From Chloroflexota bacterium (GTDB taxonomy: Bacteria; Chloroflexota; Dehalococcoidia; SM23-28-2; RBG-16-64-32), in assembly GCA_022564695.1 (NCBI GenBank), contig JADFKX010000002.1:1-40241 (forward strand): a DNA stretch of 40,241 nucleotides, written 5' to 3'. The notes beneath the pieces are model-generated. The model was not told the DNA's origin. It did not search any database and saw only the letters and a program-made list of their open reading frames with translations. Numbering within the stretch: position 1 is the stretch's first letter; each line of letters starts with the position of its first letter. Positions 10,190 to 18,044 of the stretch are shown here, piece by piece. The position numbers and the translations under genes were made by a program.

Positions 10190-10558
10190 TCAGTCCTCAG
10201 CGAAAAGATCGTCGTCGCCATCGCCGTCACCCAGGTCATCCGGCATCTCGCCGGCCTCCATTCGGTCCAGATCCGACTCAGCCTCCGCGTCCAGCGGCTC
10301 CCCCATCTGGCGGCTCATGCTACGCACCCAGCGGGCCATGGAGCTCGGGTCGTTCTCGTCCACGTCCGCCAGGCTGGATTCGTCGAGGCCGGCGAAGGCG
10401 TCGCCCTGAGAGCGGACAACGGCGACGCGAGAGATGAGGCGAGACATATCGTTCGAGCCGCAGTGGGAGCAGACGGCATTGACGTCGCCACCGATGCTGC
10501 GGGTGAACACGGACGTGCGCCGGCGGCAGCGCCCGCAACGGAACTCGTAGATCGGCAT
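10190..10558 (-). CDS. FmdB-family zinc-ribbon protein (paralog 1) with a strongly acidic C-terminal tail
   Basis: MPIYEFRCGRCR...CSHCGS signature, and a tail ending DDLGDGDGDDDLFAED. Confidence 0.85.
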   Translation of the reverse strand: MPIYEFRCGRCRRRTSVFTRSIGGDVNAVCSHCGSNDMSRLISRVAVVRSQGDAFAGLDESSLADVDENDPSSMARWVRSMSRQMGEPLDAEAESDLDRMEAGEMPDDLGDGDGDDDLFAED

Positions 10559-10562
10559 TCGC

Positions 10563-11309
10563 TTACCAGCTCTCCGCCTGGCGGCGTTGGGCTATCTCCT
10601 CTCGCACGTCGCAGGTGTACAGATAGGGACAGACCCCACAGTGGGGCGCTATGTTGGGCTTGAACTTCTTCTCCCTCTCCATATCCTTCACGGTCGCCAG
10701 AACCCCGGCCAGCGTCTGCTTCTTGACTGAAGACGTGAGTGCGGTCGTCCAGACGGAGCCGTCTTCCAGATACCAGAAGGAGGCGCGAGAAACCGTCCGC
10801 TCCAGCTTCCTCTCGACCATTATAGCGTAGAGGTGTAGCTGTGAGGGGTCGACGTCGCTGGGGTGGGCGCCGGTCTTGTAGTCGATGATGTGAAGGGTCT
10901 TGTCCGGCTCCTCGTCGATGCGGTCCAGGCGACCGAACAGGGTGACCTCGGGCGCGATCGGCACCTGGATGTAAGCCTCCACCTGGAACGGTTCGGCGTC
11001 CAGGTCCTCGCGCTCGGCGAAGCGCTGGAGGGCGCCCAAGTTACGGTCGTGCAGCTCTTCGACTCCCTCCATCCGCAGGTATCGCGGCGACAGCGCGGCC
11101 CAGCGCTCCTCGAACATCGCGATCAGCCGCTCCCGGTCGCGCTGCTCCCGTGGGAGCTTGCCGAAGAAATCGCAGAGGACGTTGTGCACCAGCGAGCCCG
11201 CCGTGTCGCCGATACGTAACCGCGCCTGCAGCTTGTCGATGTACTGATAGCGGTAGCGCAGGTGGCAGGTGTTGAAGACGCGGACGCGCAAGGGCGATAG
11301 TCGGAACAC
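10563..11309 (-). CDS. Cas4/AddB-like PD-(D/E)XK nuclease with a 4-Cys Fe-S cluster signature
   Basis: N-terminal Cys in FNTCHLRYRYQYID; catalytic RLDRID and IIDYKTG (D...D-x-K); QLHLYAI (QxxxY); C-terminal HCGVCPYLYTC (CxxCx5C). I trimmed the start to in-frame GTG 11309, because the track ORF extends to 11606 through the upstream gene. Confidence 0.8.
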   Translation of the reverse strand: MFRLSPLRVRVFNTCHLRYRYQYIDKLQARLRIGDTAGSLVHNVLCDFFGKLPREQRDRERLIAMFEERWAALSPRYLRMEGVEELHDRNLGALQRFAEREDLDAEPFQVEAYIQVPIAPEVTLFGRLDRIDEEPDKTLHIIDYKTGAHPSDVDPSQLHLYAIMVERKLERTVSRASFWYLEDGSVWTTALTSSVKKQTLAGVLATVKDMEREKKFKPNIAPHCGVCPYLYTCDVREEIAQRRQAESW

Positions 11310-11340
11310 AGCTCTATATTCTAGCGGAAATGAGGGGCTA

Positions 11341-12051
11341 TCAGGCGCTCTGAAGGCGGCGCGCCAGGGCGGAGGCCATGCCCGCATGCTGTCGGAGGGC
11401 AAGCCAGACCATCGCCAGCGGCACGAGCAGCAGCGCCACTCCCGCCAGCTCCCACCGCTGATAGGCGGTGGCCATCGTAACGGCCAGAACACCCACGATG
11501 ACGTAGTGGGGGAACAGCCAGCGGAACTTCTCGTTCCAGATGGAGAAGGGGTTGCCGCGCGTATCGATGGCGATGGCAAAGGTGATGAGGACGGAGTTGA
11601 CGACAAAGTTCAGCGCCGCGCCCAGGATGGCCGGGGCAATGACGTCCGGCCAGTTCTCACCCCTGTAACCAATGGAGAAGGCCTCGAAAACGCCTACATA
11701 GGCCGCCCCAGCCAGGAGCAGAACGCCCTCGTTGAAGGCGGCTTTGTACAGGGGCTTGGGATGAACCACGAAGTCGACGATCACCGCCACCGATACCACC
11801 AGGGCAACACCCGGCAGGCCGCTAACGGTGCCCGCCACCAGGATCAGGGCCACAGAGAGGGATATCCTGCTGTTGCCGAAGGGAGCGAAGTCCAGCAGCT
11901 CGCTGACGACGACCAGAGCGCACAGGGCGCCGAGCAGCACGAGCTCTTCGTCCTGCCACTGGAGCGCAGCCACGGCCAGCAGCACAACGGACGCCGCTAC
12001 GACGACGGCCACCAGCCCGGCTAGGGGCGCCGGAACACGCTGACTGCTCAC
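11341..12051 (-). CDS. Multi-pass membrane protein, a stand-alone paralog of the N-terminal membrane domain of the adjacent HD-GYP protein
   Basis: Shared motifs with 12051..13499: E-x-(F/L)D-x(3,4)-(Y/F)G-(D/N)-SR-(V/I)-SL, NF(A/V)(I/V)NS and W(D/N)EKFRWL(W/F)PHY. The start overlaps the upstream stop by 1 nt (TAGTG). Confidence 0.7.
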   Translation of the reverse strand: MSSQRVPAPLAGLVAVVVAASVVLLAVAALQWQDEELVLLGALCALVVVSELLDFAPFGNSRISLSVALILVAGTVSGLPGVALVVSVAVIVDFVVHPKPLYKAAFNEGVLLLAGAAYVGVFEAFSIGYRGENWPDVIAPAILGAALNFVVNSVLITFAIAIDTRGNPFSIWNEKFRWLFPHYVIVGVLAVTMATAYQRWELAGVALLLVPLAMVWLALRQHAGMASALARRLQSA

Positions 12052-13499
12052 TAGGAGCCTTCCAGTCCCGTGGCCTCAAGGATGGCCTTCTTGAGGCTAG
12101 GGCTCAGTTCGAGCTCAGTGTGGCTATGCAAGAAGCGTGTCTGGTAGACGCTGAGGAAGGCTTTAACCGCCGCCGGGTCGAACTGGCTGCCACTGTTGGC
12201 GAGGATCTCGGCCAGGGCTCGCTCGGGGGCACGTGCCGGCCGGTAAGGCCTGTCCGCGGTCATGGCATCGAAGGCGTCGGCGATGGCGAAGATGCGCGCA
12301 CCCAACGGTATCTCCTCACCGCGCAGACCACGAGGGTAGCCGGTGCCATCGAATCGTTCGTGGTGGGCGTGAACGAGCTCAGCCGCTTCGCCCAAGAACT
12401 CGATCCCGCGTACGATCTCGTAGCCAGCGGCCGAATGCGCCTTCATCGCCTTCCATTCTTCTTCGGTAAGCTCCCCCGGCTTGCGCAAGATGTGATCAGG
12501 CACGCCGATCTTGCCCACGTCGTGAAGGAGCGCCCCCCATTGCAGCTCTTGCCATTGCTGACTGCCCGGCTCCATGCCCATCTCCTCCGCAATCGCGATA
12601 GAGACATCGGCTACCCGCTCAGAGTGGCCACCTGTCGCCCTATCGCGAGCGTCCAGGGCGGTGACGAGGGCGCGCAGGGTGTCGTCGTAGGAGCGCCTGA
12701 GGCTTGCCATCGTCTCCACTACCTGGGCATGGGAATCCTGAAGCCGGTCGTGAGCCGTGCGGAGCTCCACTACGCTCTTACTGGTTCGGTCCAGGTACTG
12801 TTTGATGGATATTTGCATCATCAGGGGCGGCACGACGAAGACCACTATCCCCCATAGGCCCATCGCCGTGTACGCGGCGGCGATGGCGAGGCCAAGGCCA
12901 CCCAGAACCAGGTAGTGCGGCCACAGCCAGCGGAACTTCTCGTCCCACACAGACCAGACACTGCGGCCAGTGCTCAGCCCAACCGCTACGGCGACAAGCA
13001 GGCTGTTGATGGCGAAGTTAGCTCCAGCCGCTAGAGCAGCCGGGCCGATTACCTGAGGAAGCGCGCTTGGGCTTCCGGCGCTCCCGAAAAATCGCAGGAT
13101 CAGAACTGACGACCCGCCGGCAAGCATGAGCGTCCCAAAGTTGAACAGCGTCTTGTGGAGCGGACGGTCGACGCTAATGGCTGATGCTATCACGGCCACC
13201 GTCACCACCACCGCCAGCCCCCACAACCCGAACAGGAGGACGGCGGAGAAGATCGGGACGAAGGCCAGCGATACGCGGCTGTCACCGTAGAGGCTGATGT
13301 CGAACCGCTCAGCAATCGCGGCCAGGCACGCCAGGAGCAGCAGCGCGGCCAGGTCCTGGCCCTGCCAGCTCCAGGCACCGAGACCGGCGAGGACCGCGCC
13401 ACCCAGAGCCACCACCGCAATCAGCAGGGCCAGGTTCCCCGAGGAGGCCTGCTCCCGGACGTTGACCGTAGGCTGCTGAGTGCTTTGCTGTGTCATCAC
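12051..13499 (-). CDS. HD-GYP domain cyclic-dinucleotide phosphodiesterase with an N-terminal multi-TM sensor domain
   Basis: HSERVADV, LLHDVGKIGVPDHILRKPG, HHERFDGTGYPRGL and ADAFDAMTADRPYR. About 230 aa of hydrophobic helices lie at the N-terminus. Confidence 0.9.
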   Translation of the reverse strand: MMTQQSTQQPTVNVREQASSGNLALLIAVVALGGAVLAGLGAWSWQGQDLAALLLLACLAAIAERFDISLYGDSRVSLAFVPIFSAVLLFGLWGLAVVVTVAVIASAISVDRPLHKTLFNFGTLMLAGGSSVLILRFFGSAGSPSALPQVIGPAALAAGANFAINSLLVAVAVGLSTGRSVWSVWDEKFRWLWPHYLVLGGLGLAIAAAYTAMGLWGIVVFVVPPLMMQISIKQYLDRTSKSVVELRTAHDRLQDSHAQVVETMASLRRSYDDTLRALVTALDARDRATGGHSERVADVSIAIAEEMGMEPGSQQWQELQWGALLHDVGKIGVPDHILRKPGELTEEEWKAMKAHSAAGYEIVRGIEFLGEAAELVHAHHERFDGTGYPRGLRGEEIPLGARIFAIADAFDAMTADRPYRPARAPERALAEILANSGSQFDPAAVKAFLSVYQTRFLHSHTELELSPSLKKAILEATGLEGS

Positions 13500-13536
13500 T
13501 TAAGCCTGTGCTGTCCCTCATTGCTTCTGATGCCGA

Positions 13537-15162
13537 TCACTCGGGGAAGGCGCTCCATTTGATGGCGCTCCACTTGATGGCGCCCCACTTGATGGCGCCC
13601 CACTTGATGGCATCCCACTTAATGGCGCCCCAATCGACGGTGTCCAGGTTGGCGCCAGCGATGCCGGCCGCTTCCAGGTCAAGGCCGACACGCTGAGCCT
13701 CGGCGACAGGGTCGTCAGCGCCGAGGACGAAGGCCACGACGCCAACGGGAACGACGACGGCAGGCCTGAAGAATAGATAGCTAGGAGTCAAGCCGATGTC
13801 GGTGTTGCCGGGCGTGCCGTTGAAGAATACGGACTGGTCGGCCAGGGGCGCCTTGAACCCGTCCACGTAGCGGAACGAGTCTTGAAGGACGTACTTAACC
13901 TGCCCCGGCGTGAACTCCGGGTGCTCCTCCAGGATCAGGGCCACCATGCCGCTAATCACCGGCGCCGACATGGAGGTACCGCTCATGCGGAAGTACTTCT
14001 TATCGACGACCCTGTCCGGGTAGGTCTGGGCCAGGAAGCTGTCGGTATCGATGTCGGAGATGATGCGCCGCCCCGGCGCCACAACGTCCGGCTTGGAGAA
14101 GCCGTCCTGGGTGATGCCGCGGCTGGACCAGGAGGCCAGGGCATCGTCTGCCTTGTCGGGGGTGCCCATGTCGTCGAAGGCACCGGTTACGATGACGAAG
14201 GGGTCGTTGGCCGGGGGGTAGAACACGGCGGCGGCGGCGTCACCCAGATTGCCTGCGGCCACCACCACCACGATGCCGTTGAACCAGAGGAACTCCACCG
14301 CGGCGTCCAGGGGGTCCACAGTGTAGCTCTGGGCCACCGAGGAGGTCAGGGAGAGGTTGACGACGCGGATGTTGTAGGTGTCCTTGTTTAGGTAGGCGAA
14401 CTCCAGGCCGGCGATGACATCAGCCAGGGTGGCGTTCCCGTCATCATCGGAGAGCTTGACGTCGACGAAGCTGGCGTCGGGGGCTATGCCGATGTACTTC
14501 TCCTGTTTCAGGGCGTCGCCATCGCCGCCGATGATGCCGGCGACGTGGGTACCGTGGCCGAAGCCGTCATCGAAATCGGTGGCCAGGGGGTTGACGGCTA
14601 CGTCGAACAGCACCCGCGACTTCTTTCCCTCTTTGAAGTCCTTGTTGTCGTTGGTGATGCCGGTGTCCACGACAGCCACGGTCACGCCGCGGCCGGTACG
14701 GGAGACGTCCCCGTTCCAGACGTCCGGGGCGTTGACAGCGTAGGGGTAGGCAGTCGCCAGGTTCTTGGTGTCTACCGTATCGCCCCCGCCGGTGGATACC
14801 ACCGGCGCGTCCAGGCTGATCCAGGCCACGTCAGAGTGGCCGGCAAGCGTGGAAACGAAAGTGGGGGAGACGTCGGCCTCCACAGCCGGGATGATCAGGA
14901 ACTCACGCTGGACCGTACCTCCGGAGGAGCGGATGAAGTCCGCTACCGCTTCGGAATCGCCATCGGTCTGGACGAGGACGTGGACGTCCTGACCGGGGTT
15001 GGCGCGGGCCCAGTCGTAGACTGCGCCGTGGACATTACCGGCGGCGGAGATAGCTCCGCTGCTCAGGGCTATGATCGCGTTTAGCGCGGCCGCTAACGCG
15101 ACCGCTGGCCACCGCAGCCATCTCCTACCTCTTGAAGCACTAACGCCGAAACCGTCCATCAC
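13537..15162 (-). CDS. Secreted S8 (subtilisin-family) serine peptidase with a C-terminal (x-A-I-K-W) pentapeptide repeat tail
   Basis: Catalytic triad contexts VAVVDTGI, HGTHVAGIIGG and SGTSMSAPVISG. N-terminal signal peptide. Tail reads WGAIKWDAIKWGAIKWGAIKWSAIKWSAFPE. Confidence 0.92.
   Translation of the reverse strand: MMDGFGVSASRGRRWLRWPAVALAAALNAIIALSSGAISAAGNVHGAVYDWARANPGQDVHVLVQTDGDSEAVADFIRSSGGTVQREFLIIPAVEADVSPTFVSTLAGHSDVAWISLDAPVVSTGGGDTVDTKNLATAYPYAVNAPDVWNGDVSRTGRGVTVAVVDTGITNDNKDFKEGKKSRVLFDVAVNPLATDFDDGFGHGTHVAGIIGGDGDALKQEKYIGIAPDASFVDVKLSDDDGNATLADVIAGLEFAYLNKDTYNIRVVNLSLTSSVAQSYTVDPLDAAVEFLWFNGIVVVVAAGNLGDAAAAVFYPPANDPFVIVTGAFDDMGTPDKADDALASWSSRGITQDGFSKPDVVAPGRRIISDIDTDSFLAQTYPDRVVDKKYFRMSGTSMSAPVISGMVALILEEHPEFTPGQVKYVLQDSFRYVDGFKAPLADQSVFFNGTPGNTDIGLTPSYLFFRPAVVVPVGVVAFVLGADDPVAEAQRVGLDLEAAGIAGANLDTVDWGAIKWDAIKWGAIKWGAIKWSAIKWSAFPE
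13540..13641. repeat. 15-bp tandem repeat (plus-strand consensus CCACTTGATGGCGCC): five good copies at 13555-13629 plus degenerate flanking copies, inside the 3' end of the S8 peptidase gene
   Basis: Read directly: ccatttgatggcgct / ccacttgatggcgcc / ccacttgatggcgcc / ccacttgatggcatc / ccacttaatggcgcc. Confidence 0.9.
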
Positions 15163-15630
15163 TACTTCCGGATCGTTCTAACGACTGGTAGTTTTAATGC
15201 TGGCTGGGACACTAAGCGGTACAGCGTGTTGCAGATGGTCTATCGGGCTGACGGCGTGGCCAGCCGCGTTCCTGTGTAAAGAAACGGTTAAGTTGAGGTT
15301 GAGGCTGAGGCTGAGTAAACCGTGGGCGTTGGCCCGCGAGGGGGAGGGCAGACGTGAACAGCGCCTTGAGAGCGTACGCTGGTGCTGTTGTTGATGGCAC
15401 GGCCAGCCTCGTGGAAGGGCCTTGTTCGCTAGGCCACTGACTGGTCTGAGAGTCGCTGCGAGCGGCCATCTGTTTCGTCACTGCCTCCGTCCCAAACCCT
15501 CTACCGGAACGGAGCGCTGGACCGACGCTCGCTTCGTCTGCTTCTGTTATCGCATGATCAGGTTACGATTCAGGCGAATATAACGCCTCATTCGGTGAAC
15601 GCTCGGTGAATGTACGGGTCGCGCGGGTTG

Positions 15631-16686
15631 CTATCCCCGTAGCGCCGCCACGGGCGAACTGTTCGCGACCTCCAGGCCGCGACTCGCCAGCAGAAGGGCG
15701 TTCTGGCCGATGACCTCGAAGCCGGATCCCACGGTGCCCCCCGCCAGGAAGCGGGCGTGCATGTTCTCCAGGATGACCGCCAGCTTGAAGTGCGCCAGGA
15801 CGGTGTAGAAGTCCAGGCTGCTCAGGTCGCGCCCGCTTCGCTCGGAATAGCGAGCCAGCACCTCCTGCCGCGTGAGGAAGCCGGGCAGCGCCGTGACGGC
15901 GGTTGAGGCGATGCCCGGCACGGCCAGGCTGCCACCGGCGCCGGGGTCCGCCCAGTACATCATCAACAGACCGACATCGGCCAGGGGGTCGCCCAGAGTA
16001 GCCATCTCCCAGTCCAGCACGGCGACGATTCGCCCCTCCTTATCGAGAATGCAGTTGTCCAGCCGGTAGTCGCCGTGGACGATGCCGCTGCCGCTCTGCG
16101 TCGGGAGGGCGGCGGCAAGCCGACGGGCCAGCTCCTCGAAGTCGGGTACCTCGCGAGTCTTGACCCGCGTCAACTGCTCGCTGAAGCGCCGCACCTGGCG
16201 CTCCAGGTAACCCTCCGGCTTGCCGAAGTCGCCCAGCCCTACCTCGGCCGGCACGACCGAGTGCAGGTGGACGAGGATGTCGATGAGCTGATCGGCGGTG
16301 CGGCGGCGCTGGGCCTCATCGAAGCGTCGCGCGAACTCAGTGCTATCGGCGGGCACGAACCCCTCAACGTACTCCATGATGTAGAACGGCGCGTCGTTGA
16401 CCGTGGTGTCCTCACACAGCGCGACCGTGCCCGGCACCGGGACGTCCGTGGCGGCCAGCGCCGAGATCACGCGGAACTCGCGCTTCATATCGTGCGCCGT
16501 GGGCTGTACGTGGGAGAGCGGCGGGCGGCGGAGCACCCAGGACTTCCCCTCCGCATGGACACGGTACGTGAGGTTGGAGCGTCCGTGGCCGATGATCTCG
16601 GCCCGCAGCTCATCAACGGAGGCGACGTTCGCCCTGAACCAGGGAGTCAACCGCTCGAAGTCTATGCCGGGAACGCTACCGCTCAT
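15631..16686 (-). CDS. APH-like phosphotransferase family protein (kinase fold)
   Basis: HGDYRLDNCILD catalytic loop, VLDWEMATLGDPLADV, and N-terminal RSNLTYRV plus WVLRRPP. Confidence 0.8.
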   Translation of the reverse strand: MSGSVPGIDFERLTPWFRANVASVDELRAEIIGHGRSNLTYRVHAEGKSWVLRRPPLSHVQPTAHDMKREFRVISALAATDVPVPGTVALCEDTTVNDAPFYIMEYVEGFVPADSTEFARRFDEAQRRRTADQLIDILVHLHSVVPAEVGLGDFGKPEGYLERQVRRFSEQLTRVKTREVPDFEELARRLAAALPTQSGSGIVHGDYRLDNCILDKEGRIVAVLDWEMATLGDPLADVGLLMMYWADPGAGGSLAVPGIASTAVTALPGFLTRQEVLARYSERSGRDLSSLDFYTVLAHFKLAVILENMHARFLAGGTVGSGFEVIGQNALLLASRGLEVANSSPVAALRG

Positions 16687-16814
16687 CGTGCCACACCTCC
16701 GCTGAGCACGCCGCTTCTACGAACGATGGTTCTGCGGGATGGCGTGACACTATGCTCCATTCCGACTACAATCCCTCACGGCGCCACTGTGGCGCACTAA
16801 GGAGGTTTTTTGTC

Positions 16815-18038
16815 ATGCCCATCGATTTTAGCCTATCTCCCGAGGTTGAAGAGGTTCGCCAGCGGGTGCGCACTTTTATGGACGCGGAAGTCCGCCCCGT
16901 AGAAGAGAAGTTACGCCAAGATAAGGCTGACCGCAACGCCTACGTTCAAGCCATCGGCGGGTTACGCAAGAAGGCGCGCGAGGTCGGGCTGTGGAACCCC
17001 CATCTACCACCGGAGTGGAGCGGCATGGGGCTGGGCCCCGTGGCGATGGCTTTCGTCTCCGCCGAGGCGGGCCGCACGAATATCGGGCCGTACGTGATCA
17101 ACGCTCAGGCCCCGGACGAGGGCAACATGCACACCTTGCTCCATTGGGGAACCCCCGAGCAGAAGGAGAAATACCTGCGCCCACTATCGGAGGGCCAGTG
17201 CCGCTCTTGCTTCTCCATGACCGAGCCAGAGGTGGCCGGCTCCGACCCCACGCTGATCCAGACGACGGCCGTGAAAGACGGCGACGACTGGGTGCTTAAT
17301 GGGCACAAGTGGTTCGCCTCCGGCGCCCACGGCGCCAAGTTCGCTATCGTCATCGCCTGCACGGATCCCGACGCCGACCCGCCGCAGGCGAGGAACTCGG
17401 CCTTCCTCGTCGACACGCCCACCGAGGGCTGGAAGATCGTCCGCGACGTGGAGACTATGGCCGGCCCCGCCAACCACCCCGAGATCCGCATCACTAACCT
17501 GCGGGTACCGGCGGACGCCCTTCTCGGCGGCAGAGGCGAAGGCCACCGGCTGGGCCAGTACCGCCTGGGCCCCGCCCGGCTCGCCCACTGCATGCGCTGG
17601 ATCGGCACCGCCGAGATCGCGCTGGAGATGCTCGTAGACCGCGCCATTAAGCGCTACTCTCACGGGTCGTTTCTGGCCGACAAGCAGGCGATCCAATGGA
17701 TGATGTCCGAATCGGCGATGGAGCTGTATACCGGCAAGCTCATGGTGTTACACGCCGCCTACAAGATCGAGAACGGCCTGCCGTTCAAGCAGGAGGTCTC
17801 GATGGCGAAGGTGCACGTCGCCAACGCCCTCTGGAAGATCATCGACCGCGCTATCCAGGTGCACGGGGCGCTCGGCTACTCGACCGACACGCCGCTGGAG
17901 CGCATGATGCGAAACGCCCGCGCCGCCCGGCTCGCCGATGGAGCGGACGAGGTGCATATGCAGACCATCGCCCTTAACGTCATCAAGACTTATAAAGAGG
18001 ACGGCAACACCAGAGCCGCGACCGGCGAGTTGCTGTAG
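16815..18038 (+). CDS. Acyl-CoA dehydrogenase, ACAD10/11 (FadE2-like) subtype
   Basis: ATG at 16815 follows AAGGAGG. RLGPARLAHCMRWIGTAEIALEMLVDRA and IDRAIQVHGALGYSTDTPLERMMRNARAARLADGADEVH are characteristic of this ACAD subtype. The track ORF starts 63 nt further upstream. Confidence 0.88.
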   Translation: MPIDFSLSPEVEEVRQRVRTFMDAEVRPVEEKLRQDKADRNAYVQAIGGLRKKAREVGLWNPHLPPEWSGMGLGPVAMAFVSAEAGRTNIGPYVINAQAPDEGNMHTLLHWGTPEQKEKYLRPLSEGQCRSCFSMTEPEVAGSDPTLIQTTAVKDGDDWVLNGHKWFASGAHGAKFAIVIACTDPDADPPQARNSAFLVDTPTEGWKIVRDVETMAGPANHPEIRITNLRVPADALLGGRGEGHRLGQYRLGPARLAHCMRWIGTAEIALEMLVDRAIKRYSHGSFLADKQAIQWMMSESAMELYTGKLMVLHAAYKIENGLPFKQEVSMAKVHVANALWKIIDRAIQVHGALGYSTDTPLERMMRNARAARLADGADEVHMQTIALNVIKTYKEDGNTRAATGELL

Positions 18039-18044
18039 CGGCTT

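Noticed and set aside
11310-11606. N-terminal 99-aa extension of the Cas4-like nuclease ORF (track start TTG 11606).
   Set aside because: The extension runs through the 3' end of the upstream membrane-protein gene in another frame and translates to Ser/Pro/Trp/Arg-rich junk. The homologous nuclease N-terminus (LSPLRV-x-x-FNTC) begins right after the in-frame GTG at 11309.
13540-13641. Possible CRISPR array or minisatellite outside coding sequence.
   Set aside because: The units are 15 bp, directly abutting with no spacers, and in frame within a CDS. No cas genes or leader are present.
13490-13745. Plus-strand ORF with (HLMAP)n and a minus-strand ORF with (SSGAP)n across the 15-bp repeat.
   Set aside because: These are alternative-frame readings of the same tandem repeat. 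The S8 peptidase frame is continuous with a well-supported catalytic domain.
15212-15481. 89-aa minus-strand ORF (possible small protein or precursor peptide upstream of the S8 protease).
   Set aside because: The GTG start is only 2 nt from the GGAGG, and the internal ATG is about 14 nt away. Third-position GC is weak compared with real genes here, and the QPQPQPQ stretch comes from a hexamer DNA repeat. I kept it only as part of the non-coding-region observation.
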